Origin: a virus
Lineage: Duplodnaviria; Caudoviricetes
Virus record (IMG/VR): IMGVR_UViG_3300043120_000151
Location: 1 to 33,849 of that record
Length of the DNA stretch: 33,849 bases
Reading direction: 5' to 3' (one strand)
In this document: positions 7,748 through 16,959 of the stretch, piece by piece
Layout: each line of letters starts with the position of its first letter
Numbering within the stretch: position 1 is the stretch's first letter
Made by a program: the position numbers and the translations under genes
The notes under the pieces: generated by a model
Database searches by the model: none
Told to the model about the DNA's origin: nothing
The model's input: the letters and a program-made list of their open reading frames with translations, nothing else

Positions 7748-9736
7748 ATGCTCATACAGCGCAACGCCACAACCTATGAAGCCGCAGGGCTGCCCGCGAC
7801 CGTTGTTATCGGCGGTCGCGATGAAGCCCGTGTGCTGCCGAACACGAATATTTCGTTCCCGTGCGGCAGCGGTACAGAACGGTATTGGCTCAACCTCAAC
7901 CGCACCGGCGCGCCTGCGTGCTCTGCGATTGCGGCCGAGCCGACAACCAACGGCATTATTACCGAGGTTGGCGATGCGTTTTCGTTTGATGCGCAGGGGC
8001 GGTTGAAATGGGATGTGGTGTTTGCTGCGCACCCCGGCGTGTACGCTTGGGAATGGTCTGTTAAGCACAGCCCCGGCGTGACATTTCACCACCAGCCCGA
8101 GCTGACTGCGGAAGAAATAGCAGAGGGCCATATACGGTCTGCTGACGTTGTGGGCAGCTATGCTGTCTACGGCGACCGTTCCGGCCGGTTTGTCGGCCGC
8201 GACGGCACTGTGCTGGCTGACTATGGCACGGGAAAGCTCTGCCACATCTACAGGCCCTTGTTCATCGACGCGAACGGGCGAGAGGCGTATGGCACGCTGG
8301 ATATTACCGACGGCATTATGACCGTGGGCATGGATGCTGCGTGGATGGATTCGGCTGCGTATCCGGTGCGGCTTGATCCGACGCTCGGGTACGAGGCGAC
8401 CGGTGCCTCTGCCATTCCGCTGGCAAACTCGCAGCATGCCAACTGGGCATACGACGAAACGATTGCCGCCGACATAACCCTGCAGAGTGGCCACATCTAT
8501 TGCGGGTCGCTCTCCGGCGGCATAGGCGCGTTTGTTATCGGCCTGTATTCCAAGGGCGCCACGCTTGCGGCGTCTGCGCTGCTGGCATCGTCCGGCAGCA
8601 TTGCGCTGGGGAGCGGCTCGGAATTCACGTGGCGGTCTGCGTCGATGCCCGGATCTGTCGCGGCCAACACTCCGATGGTGATCTCATGCCTTGAAACCAA
8701 CACCGACGGTTCGGTTCGGTCCCAGTATGACACAGTGTCGTGGGGCAGCGGGAAGTCTGGATCAAATGCCACGGGGGCCATGTTGCCGACGCTGTCGGGC
8801 CTGTCTGACAACAGCCGCCAGCTGTCCATGTACGTCACCTACGAGGTGGCACAGGCAGAAACGATTGAGGCCACCGTGGCCGCCGTCATGCCTGCGCCGG
8901 TTGTTTCCGCCACGGCCGAAATTCTTGACCCTGTTGCGGCCACTGTTGCCGCAGCCCTGCCGGCACCTGTTGCCAGTGTGACGGCTGAGACGCTTGAGCC
9001 CGTGGAATGCACGGTTTACGCCATGCTGCCCGCGCCGCTGGTTACCTGCACCATAGAATTTGATGAGCCGGACGAAGTGCAGGTGATTATTGCAGCCGGT
9101 CTGCCCGCGCCGTTGGTCGGCATTGTTGCCGAGGTGCTTGAGCCATTAGAGGTCACCGTTGCCGCAGCCCTGCCCGCACCTGTTGCGAGTGCCACGGCAG
9201 ACGTGCTTGAGCCGCTAACGGCGTCTGTGGCTGCCGGGCTGCCCTCGCCGGTTGCATCCGTCTCGGGCGAAATTCTTGAGCCGCTGGAATGCACCGTTGC
9301 CGCCATGCTGCCTGCACCACAGGCGCAGGTTGTTGCAGGGGCGGAGGTGGTGCCTGTTCCCCCCATAGTTGCCCAATACATTGCCGATTGGCGCGCGGCA
9401 CTGAACCCCGCAACCGGCGGACCGGGCGAGTCAGTTTCCATCACTCCCGTGGGTGGCACACAGTTTACCGTGCCGCTGGCCATGGTCAGCCGCAAGGGCA
9501 TGGTTGCCCCTGCGGAGCTGCCCCGCGAATACGCAGGCCGTGCCGGAAGCTGGGTTGTTGTGCGCCTGCTGATGGATGATCTGCCCAAGGAAAACGGTGT
9601 GCCTGACGTTCCGCCCACAGACAGCCTGATCATGGTTGACGGTCGCGGACACTTTATCCGCTGCATTCAGCCCCTAGGCCCGCAAGGGTGCGGCGTGCGG
9701 CTGTATGCGGTGGGTGACCAGTGGGGGAGGCGGTAA
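7748..9736 (+). CDS. Multi-domain neck/fibre protein: adhesin-like N-terminal domains, 7-repeat stalk, C-terminal gpFII-like head-closure domain
   Basis: 662-aa ORF; YPVRLDPT domain end, beta-sandwich-like middle region, ~23-aa repeats. The last ~120 aa resemble head-closure proteins and sit in the gpFII slot. Confidence 0.65.
   Translation: MLIQRNATTYEAAGLPATVVIGGRDEARVLPNTNISFPCGSGTERYWLNLNRTGAPACSAIAAEPTTNGIITEVGDAFSFDAQGRLKWDVVFAAHPGVYAWEWSVKHSPGVTFHHQPELTAEEIAEGHIRSADVVGSYAVYGDRSGRFVGRDGTVLADYGTGKLCHIYRPLFIDANGREAYGTLDITDGIMTVGMDAAWMDSAAYPVRLDPTLGYEATGASAIPLANSQHANWAYDETIAADITLQSGHIYCGSLSGGIGAFVIGLYSKGATLAASALLASSGSIALGSGSEFTWRSASMPGSVAANTPMVISCLETNTDGSVRSQYDTVSWGSGKSGSNATGAMLPTLSGLSDNSRQLSMYVTYEVAQAETIEATVAAVMPAPVVSATAEILDPVAATVAAALPAPVASVTAETLEPVECTVYAMLPAPLVTCTIEFDEPDEVQVIIAAGLPAPLVGIVAEVLEPLEVTVAAALPAPVASATADVLEPLTASVAAGLPSPVASVSGEILEPLECTVAAMLPAPQAQVVAGAEVVPVPPIVAQYIADWRAALNPATGGPGESVSITPVGGTQFTVPLAMVSRKGMVAPAELPREYAGRAGSWVVVRLLMDDLPKENGVPDVPPTDSLIMVDGRGHFIRCIQPLGPQGCGVRLYAVGDQWGRR
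8855..9350 (+). repeat. Seven ~23-aa (~69-bp) intragenic repeats, consensus LEP(L/V)ExTVAA(A/M/G)LPAP(V/L)(A/V)SxxAE(I/V)
   Basis: Visible in the translation of 7748..9736. Confidence 0.9.
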
Positions 9737-10473
9737 TGGCTAAAGAAATTGTCTACCTCGCCTATACGCGCAAGGGCGTTTTAAAATACCGCCCATACAA
9801 ATTCTATGGCGATGAAAGCATCCTCGACGTTTCCATGGAAGATAACGTGGGGGCGTTTCTCGGTGCGGTTGGCAAGCAGATGCCGCAGCAGGTTTCCAAG
9901 GCGCTTTCGTCTATTGGCTGGCATCTCCATAAGCAGATGAAGCAGGCCATAAAAGATGGCGGCCCCCTTGGAGAACACTGGCCGGAGCTATCGGGCGTGA
10001 CAAAGCGCTCGCGTGTTGCCGGTGGGTTTGAGCTTTTTTACCGCAAGGCGGCACATCACACCTTCTACGGCGCGCTTGCCAGAACCATTGGCTACTACAG
10101 GCCGGAACTCCCTGCACTGAAGGTTTCCGTAGGTTGGCTGTCGCTTGCTGCGGCCAAGCGCGGCGAGCAGCTGCAGCGCGGATTCACCACGAAGCCCACC
10201 CGTAAACAGCGCTGGCTGTTCACTGCTTCTGCAAGATGGGACAAGCGCCGCGAGTTTCTGCGTTCCGGCAGCATCTTCCCCATGAAGAAAGACAGCATAA
10301 CAGTGCCTGGTCGTAACCTTGTGGCCCCTGTCTATGCGCGGCAGCAGCAGAACATACTGCCAATCATGGAAAGGAAGCTGAAGCTGTATATGCGCAAGCA
10401 GGAAGGGTGGTTCCAGATGACCAGAAGTAACGCGAAAACAGCACTGAAAAGCTATGCCGAGGCACATTCATGA
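9736..10473 (+). CDS. Neck / tail-completion protein (lambda gpZ slot)
   Basis: Basic protein (WPELS, VSVGW motifs) between the head-closure domain and the tail terminator; TAATG coupling. Confidence 0.6.
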   Translation: MAKEIVYLAYTRKGVLKYRPYKFYGDESILDVSMEDNVGAFLGAVGKQMPQQVSKALSSIGWHLHKQMKQAIKDGGPLGEHWPELSGVTKRSRVAGGFELFYRKAAHHTFYGALARTIGYYRPELPALKVSVGWLSLAAAKRGEQLQRGFTTKPTRKQRWLFTASARWDKRREFLRSGSIFPMKKDSITVPGRNLVAPVYARQQQNILPIMERKLKLYMRKQEGWFQMTRSNAKTALKSYAEAHS

Positions 10474-10958
10474 GCTCATTCATTATGACCAGCCTGACCA
10501 AGATTGCCCGCGCATGGGCCGCCGCGCTGACCACGGATGCCGACCTTGCCGCATGGTGCCAGCAGGAATGCGGAAAAGCCCCTGCCGTGTTCATGGCAAC
10601 AGCAAATTCGCAGGACTGCGAATGGGGCCGCCAAGATGCCCCCTATATCGCCATATTGCCGCCCAGCTCTCGCACGGGTGCGGAAGTGGATGTGCATGAA
10701 TATGAGTTTTTTCTGCACCTCGGGCTGGTGATGACCGGCTATGTGGAAGGCGTTGCATGGAAGGAGCCCAAAGGATTCGGCGCGCTGGAACAGAGTTTTG
10801 CCACCCTTGTTCTGGAAGCGCTGGCAACCACGGACTATGCGCCCGATGAGATTGAGGCGGAGACGTTCCCCGCGCAGGCGAATTTTTTTGAAATGGTCAT
10901 GGCGATCACGGTCCGCGTGCCGTTCACGATAAGCGGCCCTGAAGGGACCATCGGATAA
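10470..10958 (+). CDS. Tail terminator-like protein (lambda gpU slot)
   Basis: Acidic ~160-aa protein immediately before the tail tube gene; ATGA overlap. Confidence 0.6.
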   Translation: MSSFIMTSLTKIARAWAAALTTDADLAAWCQQECGKAPAVFMATANSQDCEWGRQDAPYIAILPPSSRTGAEVDVHEYEFFLHLGLVMTGYVEGVAWKEPKGFGALEQSFATLVLEALATTDYAPDEIEAETFPAQANFFEMVMAITVRVPFTISGPEGTIG

Positions 10959-10976
10959 CAACAACAGGAGGCCAAC

Positions 10977-11930
10977 ATGACACAGGCACGCGGTTATAAA
11001 GCAAAGATCCAGATCGACTTTGAAAGCGAATTCGGTGTTGCGCCCGGCAGCCCCAACGGGCGGCTTGTTCCCATCAACAAGGCGGACGGCGGCGCAACCC
11101 GCAACCTGAACACAGCGGAAACCATTTCCGGCACCCGCAACCCTGTTAAGCCCTTTGCGGGCAACACGGCCATGTCGCGCAATCTGACCGTGCCGCTGGA
11201 TGTGCGCAACACCGGGCTGTGGCTCATGGGTGTTTTCGGTGAGCCTGTGACCACCGGCACCGGCCCCTATGTGCACACGTTCAAGGTGGGCGACAGTCAG
11301 CCCAGCATGATTGCAGAAATCGCCTTTCCTGATGTGGGCATGTATCTGCGCGGTTCCGGCTGCAAGGTCGGCAGCTTTGGCATTACCGTGGGCGGCGACG
11401 GCGAGCAGGTGGCCACCATCGGCCTGACCGGCAAGAACGAATCCAAGGAAGCCGCGGCATACGATGCCACCCCCGCAGAATTCGCCTTTGACCGCTTTGA
11501 AGGCTTTCAGGCCGTGATCAAGGAAGGCGGTTCGCAGAAGTCCGGACGCTTCACCGAGTTTACGCTGAATCTCGACATGGGGCTGGACACGGACGGCTAC
11601 ACCATAGGCGATCAGGGAACGCTGGGCGACATTCCGGAAGGGCTTGTCGGCATCAGCGGCAGCGTTACCGCGCTGTTCAAGGATACCGCCCTGTTCGACA
11701 AGGCGGATGCCGGAACCGAAACCAGCCTTGAGCTGGTGTTCACCAACGGGGCGCACATTCTTTCCATCAAGCTGCCCGAGGCCATGTTCAGCAAGTCCGC
11801 CCCCGGCATTGAAGGCCCGCGCGGTGTGCGCGAAAGCTACGATTTTCAGGGCTATCTGGACGATTCCGCAGACGGCAGCGCCATTGTGGTGACCCTGACC
11901 AATGATGTTGCCAGCTACGCGCTGGTGTAA
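10977..11930 (+). CDS. Major tail tube protein
   Basis: ESEFGVAP, YVHTFKVG.SQPSM..E, GCKV...ITV and ISGSVTALFKD motifs; AGGAGG RBS; precedes the chaperones and tape measure. Confidence 0.88.
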   Translation: MTQARGYKAKIQIDFESEFGVAPGSPNGRLVPINKADGGATRNLNTAETISGTRNPVKPFAGNTAMSRNLTVPLDVRNTGLWLMGVFGEPVTTGTGPYVHTFKVGDSQPSMIAEIAFPDVGMYLRGSGCKVGSFGITVGGDGEQVATIGLTGKNESKEAAAYDATPAEFAFDRFEGFQAVIKEGGSQKSGRFTEFTLNLDMGLDTDGYTIGDQGTLGDIPEGLVGISGSVTALFKDTALFDKADAGTETSLELVFTNGAHILSIKLPEAMFSKSAPGIEGPRGVRESYDFQGYLDDSADGSAIVVTLTNDVASYALV

Positions 11931-11961
11931 CCCGTACCATTTTCCTGTGGAGGAGATTGCC

Positions 11962-12318
11962 ATGATTGTGACGCTACCCGCCTGCGGTAAGGACGTTGAA
12001 GTGCAGAGCCTGAGCCGCGCCAATGCCAAGCGCGTCGGGCAGATAGACGGCAAGGTAAGTTCATTGCTCAACAGCGCCAAGGCTTCCGACACGGTCAAGG
12101 AAGATAAGGATGCGGCAGTGGAAGAAATGACTGCATTGCTCGACGAGAAAGAATCCTTGGTTGCCGAACTGTATCCTGAGTTCGACTTTGCCCAGTTGGG
12201 CAACCGTGACGTGATTACCCTTATTACTGTGACCATGGACTACTCCCTCAACGTGCCGGAGGAAGAGATAAAAAACTGGCTGCGGTCTGGGAATGGCGAA
12301 ACGACCCGGACCGAATAA
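11962..12318 (+). CDS. Tail assembly chaperone (gpG-like)
   Basis: GGAGGAG RBS; lies between tube and tape measure genes; ends with a slippery site. Confidence 0.8.
   Translation: MIVTLPACGKDVEVQSLSRANAKRVGQIDGKVSSLLNSAKASDTVKEDKDAAVEEMTALLDEKESLVAELYPEFDFAQLGNRDVITLITVTMDYSLNVPEEEIKNWLRSGNGETTRTE
12270..12276 (+). promoter_or_regulatory. -1 programmed frameshift heptamer A AAA AAC
   Basis: X XXY YYZ heptamer in the gpG frame; the -1 frame is open from here to 12644. Confidence 0.85.
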
Positions 12319-12644
12319 GCTACTGCGCAACCTGCAGGGCGGCGTCTGACGATGCGCCGCCCTGTTCCACCTGCGAGAACGTGACCGAGGCCCCCCAGCC
12401 ATTGCCGTGCAACAGGCCGGTGCTGGCCCTGTGGGCCGAAGTGCAGCTTGATTGGCACTATGCCCCGAGCGCGCTGGTAACAGACAAGGGCGTGGTTATC
12501 CCCACAGCCCGCGCCACAGGGCTGAACTGGCAGGCGGTGGACTGGCGGGTGCAGTTTCTGGGCATTGAATGGACCATGGGCCTGTATCGCAAGTTGCAGC
12601 ACCTTGAGCGGCTTGAACTGAACGCACAGAACAAAACGCGCTGA
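12276..12644 (+). CDS. Frameshift extension of the tail chaperone (gpT-like part of gpGT)
   Basis: -1 frame reads LAAVWEWRNDPDRISYCATC...CSTCENVTEAPQPLPCN...LNWQAV, in frame with track ORF 12381..12644, which has no obvious RBS of its own. Confidence 0.8.
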   Translation: MAAVWEWRNDPDRISYCATCRAASDDAPPCSTCENVTEAPQPLPCNRPVLALWAEVQLDWHYAPSALVTDKGVVIPTARATGLNWQAVDWRVQFLGIEWTMGLYRKLQHLERLELNAQNKTR

Positions 12645-12663
12645 TGTAATAACGGAGCACCTG

Positions 12664-15255
12664 ATGGCCGGAACGGTAGCAACACGAATAGAGATTAACG
12701 CGCAGGACAATGCCAGCGCTGTTATCCGCCGTGCTGAACAGAGCATGGGCGGGCTTGCCGGTGCCGTGAGCCGGTTCGGCGGGGTGGCCGGTGCGGCATT
12801 GGGCGCTGCCGGTATCGGTGGGCTTGGCATGGGAATATCTCATGCCGTTGACCAGTTTGCCGCATTCGACAAGGGCCTTATCGGTGTGCGCAAGACCACG
12901 GGGCTTGCAGGCCGTGACCTTGGCGCGTTCGGTGAGCAGATCACCGACATGTCGCGCCGTATGCCGAACACGGCAGAAGAACTGCTCGCCATTGCGCAGT
13001 CTGCCGGGCAGCTCGGTGTAAGCGGGTCTGCCAACCTTCTCAAATTTTCAGAGACGGTTGCCAAGCTGGGTGACGCCTCGGACCTTTCCGGCGATGCCGC
13101 AGCAACAACGCTTGCCCGCCTGCTCACTGTAACCGGCGAAGATGTTGGCAATGTAGACGAGCTGGCATCGGTTATTGTGCGGCTGGGTAACAACATGGCT
13201 GCCACGGAAAGCGAAATTGCCAGCATGTCCACGGAGATTGCGCAGGCCACGGCATCGTTCAATGTATCGTCTGCCGAGGCGTCTGCCCTTGGCGCTGCCA
13301 TGCGTGCCATGGGCATGCGGGCTGAAGCTTCCGGCTCTGCGGTTGGCCGCACCTTCCGCGTGATTGAAGATGCCGTGTTCTCCGGCGGCGAGAAAATGTC
13401 GCGGCTCAGCAAGCTGACCGGCATGGCCGCAGAGGATATTGCAACACAGTTCCGCGACAAGCCCGTGCAGGTGTTTCAGGCATTCGTTGAAGGGCTTGGC
13501 AAGGTTGTGGCATCCGGTGGGTCTGCTGCCAAGGTTCTCGGGCAGTTCGGCCTTTCGGGCGAAGAAGTGCTCAAGATTCTGCCCACCATGGCAGCCAACA
13601 GCGGCAAGCTGGCAACGGCCCTGCAGCTCATGGACAGTGAGCTGCAAAATGTATCTGCGCTGAACAGCGAAGCCGCGTCTGCTGCTGAAGCACATCAAAA
13701 GCAAATGCAGATACTGCAAAACCGTCTTGATGCTGTATCTGAGACAATTGGCTCGCGGCTCGCTCCCGCAATGGAGAGAAGCAAAGGTGTCTTTGTGGGT
13801 ATGCTTGAAGCTCTTGACGGAGTTGCTGAAAGAGCGACGAAAACAAATTCTGTGCTGCAAGAAATGGTGTCTCGCGGTGTTCAGCTAAGAAATATAAGTG
13901 ATGCTGATGCAAGAAATCTTATTTTGCAAGGTGTTGAAAACGAATACACGATACAAGCGCAAATTAATAATCTTATTGAGCAGAGGAACAAAGCTTTATT
14001 CCCAAGCACGAAAGCAAAATTAGATGAGCAACTGACTGCCTTGCGAGAACAGTATGAACTGCTCAAGGCAAAAAATGAAATGTCTCGGCTTGGAGTCAAC
14101 TACACCCCTGCGCCTTCTTCTGCTGCGTCTGCAAGCGGAACAACGGTTGACCCCATTGTAGACGATACCGCAGCCAAGAAGGCCGCCACCGCGCTGAAGA
14201 GCGTGAACGACGAAATTGCCAAGCTGACCATGAGCGACCTTGCCTATAGCAAGCACCAGCTCGGCACACAGGTGCAGGAATATGCCGATGCCCTTGGCGC
14301 GGCCCACCCCGCCCTTGTGCGCTACAACCAGCTTGCGTCTGAGCGGCTTGATCTTGAGGCCAGCATTGCCGGTTACACCCAGCACAACCAGTTCCCCGAT
14401 TTTTCTGCCCGCGACAGCAAGCTGGACGAAGCCTTTGCCCGCGCCCGCACCAGCAAGCGCGAAGAGGATCTGCATCTGCAGACCGAGTTTGCCGAGAAGC
14501 ACCGCGAAATAGTGCTGGGCGAAACCGAATTCAAGCTGCAGCAGATTGAGGCGCAGGCCGATGCCTACCGCCGTGCCGGTGCTGATTCTGTGGCCGTTGA
14601 ACAATGGGCGTCGGAAGAACGCCTGCGGCTGTCGCGCGATTGGGCAGACGGTGCCGTGCGTGCGCTGCGTGAATATAACGACGAGGCCACCAACGCGGCG
14701 CGGAACGTGGAAAACGCCATTACCAGCGCGGCAGGCAGTATTGAGGATGCGCTTGTAAACGCCTTTACCACCGGCAAGTTCGAGGCGCGGGATATGGTCA
14801 ACTCCATTATCGCAGACATGGCCCGCATAGCGGTGCGCCAGAGCATAACCGGCCCGTTAACCGGCATGCTGGGCGGCCTGTTCAGCTTCAACGCACTTGG
14901 CGGCGTGTATTCCGGCCCCGGCATATCTGCCTACAGCGGCAAGGTTGTGGACAGCCCCACCGTGTTCCCCTTTGCCAAGGGCATTGGCCTTATGGGCGAG
15001 GCAGGCGCGGAAGCCATTATGCCGCTTACCCGCACCAGTGGCGGCGAACTTGGCGTGCAGGCTGTGGGCGGTGCCGCAGCCGCGCCGCAGATAGAGATTG
15101 TAATCAACAACGATTCCGGCGTGCGCAGCCGTGTTGCCAGCCAGCAGACCAGTTTTGACAGCGGGCGCATGATCACCCGCATTGTGGTGGAAAACCTTGC
15201 CAGCAACACAGACGGCATGGGCGATGCCATGCGCGGCGTGATGGGCGTTCGATAA
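12664..15255 (+). CDS. Tail tape measure protein
   Basis: 863 aa, Ala-rich helical. TP901-type core (VRKTTGL, AGQLG, LGNNMAATESEI) and lambda-type C-terminus (GLMGEAGAEAIMPL). Confidence 0.95.
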   Translation: MAGTVATRIEINAQDNASAVIRRAEQSMGGLAGAVSRFGGVAGAALGAAGIGGLGMGISHAVDQFAAFDKGLIGVRKTTGLAGRDLGAFGEQITDMSRRMPNTAEELLAIAQSAGQLGVSGSANLLKFSETVAKLGDASDLSGDAAATTLARLLTVTGEDVGNVDELASVIVRLGNNMAATESEIASMSTEIAQATASFNVSSAEASALGAAMRAMGMRAEASGSAVGRTFRVIEDAVFSGGEKMSRLSKLTGMAAEDIATQFRDKPVQVFQAFVEGLGKVVASGGSAAKVLGQFGLSGEEVLKILPTMAANSGKLATALQLMDSELQNVSALNSEAASAAEAHQKQMQILQNRLDAVSETIGSRLAPAMERSKGVFVGMLEALDGVAERATKTNSVLQEMVSRGVQLRNISDADARNLILQGVENEYTIQAQINNLIEQRNKALFPSTKAKLDEQLTALREQYELLKAKNEMSRLGVNYTPAPSSAASASGTTVDPIVDDTAAKKAATALKSVNDEIAKLTMSDLAYSKHQLGTQVQEYADALGAAHPALVRYNQLASERLDLEASIAGYTQHNQFPDFSARDSKLDEAFARARTSKREEDLHLQTEFAEKHREIVLGETEFKLQQIEAQADAYRRAGADSVAVEQWASEERLRLSRDWADGAVRALREYNDEATNAARNVENAITSAAGSIEDALVNAFTTGKFEARDMVNSIIADMARIAVRQSITGPLTGMLGGLFSFNALGGVYSGPGISAYSGKVVDSPTVFPFAKGIGLMGEAGAEAIMPLTRTSGGELGVQAVGGAAAAPQIEIVINNDSGVRSRVASQQTSFDSGRMITRIVVENLASNTDGMGDAMRGVMGVR

Positions 15256-15279
15256 CAGTAGCCGACAGGAGCCTGCACC

Positions 15280-15639
15280 ATGGACACATTCCCCGCTATC
15301 CCCCTGCCTTCTGCCTGTCCCATGGGCGTGAAGGACCCGCTCATTGAAGACGACTACATGAGCGGCGACGATGCCGCCCGCCCGCAGGTTTCGCGCCCTC
15401 GCATGCAGGCTGTGCAGGTGGAGTGGGACGCCATGACAAAGGCTGACCTTGCCGTGCTGCGTTCCTTTCGCGCTGCGCACAGGGCAACCCTGTTTCTGTG
15501 GACCGATCCGTTTACCGGAGAGGTGTATGAAACGCGCTTTGCCGGAGAATCGCCCATTGCATGGAAGCCCCTGCCCAAATATCCCGGCCGCGCCAAGGTG
15601 GTAATAAATCTGCTGCCCGTGCGGCCCTATGAGGTGTAG
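15280..15639 (+). CDS. Distal tail protein (lambda gpM-like)
   Basis: Position after the tape measure gene; FLWTDP motif. Confidence 0.7.
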   Translation: MDTFPAIPLPSACPMGVKDPLIEDDYMSGDDAARPQVSRPRMQAVQVEWDAMTKADLAVLRSFRAAHRATLFLWTDPFTGEVYETRFAGESPIAWKPLPKYPGRAKVVINLLPVRPYEV

Positions 15640-15641
15640 CC

Positions 15642-16532
15642 ATGCCGAGTCTTGCCCAGATCATTGAACGCAACCGCACGCACAGCGAGCATGCGTATCC
15701 CATGCTGTGCGAACTGATTCTGCCGGACGGTACCTCCGTGCGCCTTGCCCGCAATACCGAGAGCATTGCATGGCCGAACGCGGGCAGTGCTTCCGGCGTG
15801 CTGGCTGCTGCGGGTGAAGTTGTATCCGTGCTGTGCGCGGAGGCTGGCAGCATAGAGATTGCCCTGACAGGTGACTTTGCCGGTGAGATTGCGCTGGAAC
15901 ATGACGATGGCGCGGGCGGCAGCTGGACGGAGATTGCCGCATATACCGGCCCTTCGGGCGGGGAATACCTTTGCCTTGCTGGCCGCACCTACCGGCTTAT
16001 CGTGCGCAGCCTGACCGATGGCGCGCCGCATGCGCTTATCGCCCCCAAGGGCACTGTGTGGACGGCGTTCGACTTTCTGCCCGACGACATTGAAGAATCC
16101 GGCAACGTGGAAACGCGCGGGGTGACTGTGCGCGTGGGCAACGCATCACAGGCCATGTACGACCTGATGCGCCAGCTCATGGACTGGCGCAAACTGCACG
16201 GGCCGGAACTCATACAGGTGCGGCTGTGCGTGGTGAACACCGGCCTGCTCGATGAGCCTGAGCCGGAGGCGGAATACTGGTTTGTGGATGAGGATATAAG
16301 CTGCCCGCCGCCCATGCAGACCGTTGAAATAAAGCTCGGGCTGGAAAATATTTGGGACAGGCCCGTGCCGCGCCGCTCCATCACCCGCGATTTCTGCCAG
16401 TGGGATGCGGCAGACGACTGCCCCTATTATGCCGTGTGCAACCACACCCTCACGGCCTGCCGCGTGACCTATGCCAACACCCTGAATTTTGGCGGGTTCC
16501 CCACCGTGGAACAGGGGGGCGTGAATGCGTAG
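15642..16532 (+). CDS. Tail tip protein (lambda gpL-like) with internal ~90-aa insertion
   Basis: C-terminal CQW...CPY...CNHTLTAC...NFGGFP four-Cys motif typical of gpL. Confidence 0.8.
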   Translation: MPSLAQIIERNRTHSEHAYPMLCELILPDGTSVRLARNTESIAWPNAGSASGVLAAAGEVVSVLCAEAGSIEIALTGDFAGEIALEHDDGAGGSWTEIAAYTGPSGGEYLCLAGRTYRLIVRSLTDGAPHALIAPKGTVWTAFDFLPDDIEESGNVETRGVTVRVGNASQAMYDLMRQLMDWRKLHGPELIQVRLCVVNTGLLDEPEPEAEYWFVDEDISCPPPMQTVEIKLGLENIWDRPVPRRSITRDFCQWDAADDCPYYAVCNHTLTACRVTYANTLNFGGFPTVEQGGVNA

Positions 16533-16959
16533 CCCCCTGCCGCTGTTGGCTGACCTTGGCCCGTTGTTTCACAGCCGCTTTGCCGATGGCGGACGCGGCG
16601 AGCAGGATGCGGACGGCGTGCGCCTTTTTGACTGCTGGGGCCTGTGTATGGCCGTGTTTGAGTGTTACGGCCTTGTGGTGCCGGACTTTGCCATACATGC
16701 GGACAACCTGCGCGCGGCCCACAGGGCATTCACGCGAGAGGAAAAGAGCGGGCGCTGGATACCGCTTGCGCAGCCTGTGGCCCCGTGTGTGGTTGCCATG
16801 GCCACAACGCAGGTGACCCGGGCAAAAAACCATTTTGGCGTGTATGTGGGCGGCGGCAGGTTTGTGCATATTTTCCGTGGCATGGGTGTGCATACCTGCA
16901 CGGTAACATCCCACCCGTGGACAAAGCGCATAAGGGGGTTCTGGGCATGGGCAGCGTAA
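16525..16959 (+). CDS. NlpC/P60 tail tip assembly protein (gpK-like)
   Basis: GGRG...FDCWGL and NHFGVYVGGGRFVH catalytic motifs. Confidence 0.9.
   Translation: MRSPLPLLADLGPLFHSRFADGGRGEQDADGVRLFDCWGLCMAVFECYGLVVPDFAIHADNLRAAHRAFTREEKSGRWIPLAQPVAPCVVAMATTQVTRAKNHFGVYVGGGRFVHIFRGMGVHTCTVTSHPWTKRIRGFWAWAA

Noticed and set aside
8855-9350. Repeat array as a possible CRISPR or ncRNA array
   Set aside because: Repeats are degenerate at the DNA level, in frame and conserved as protein; there are no unique spacers.
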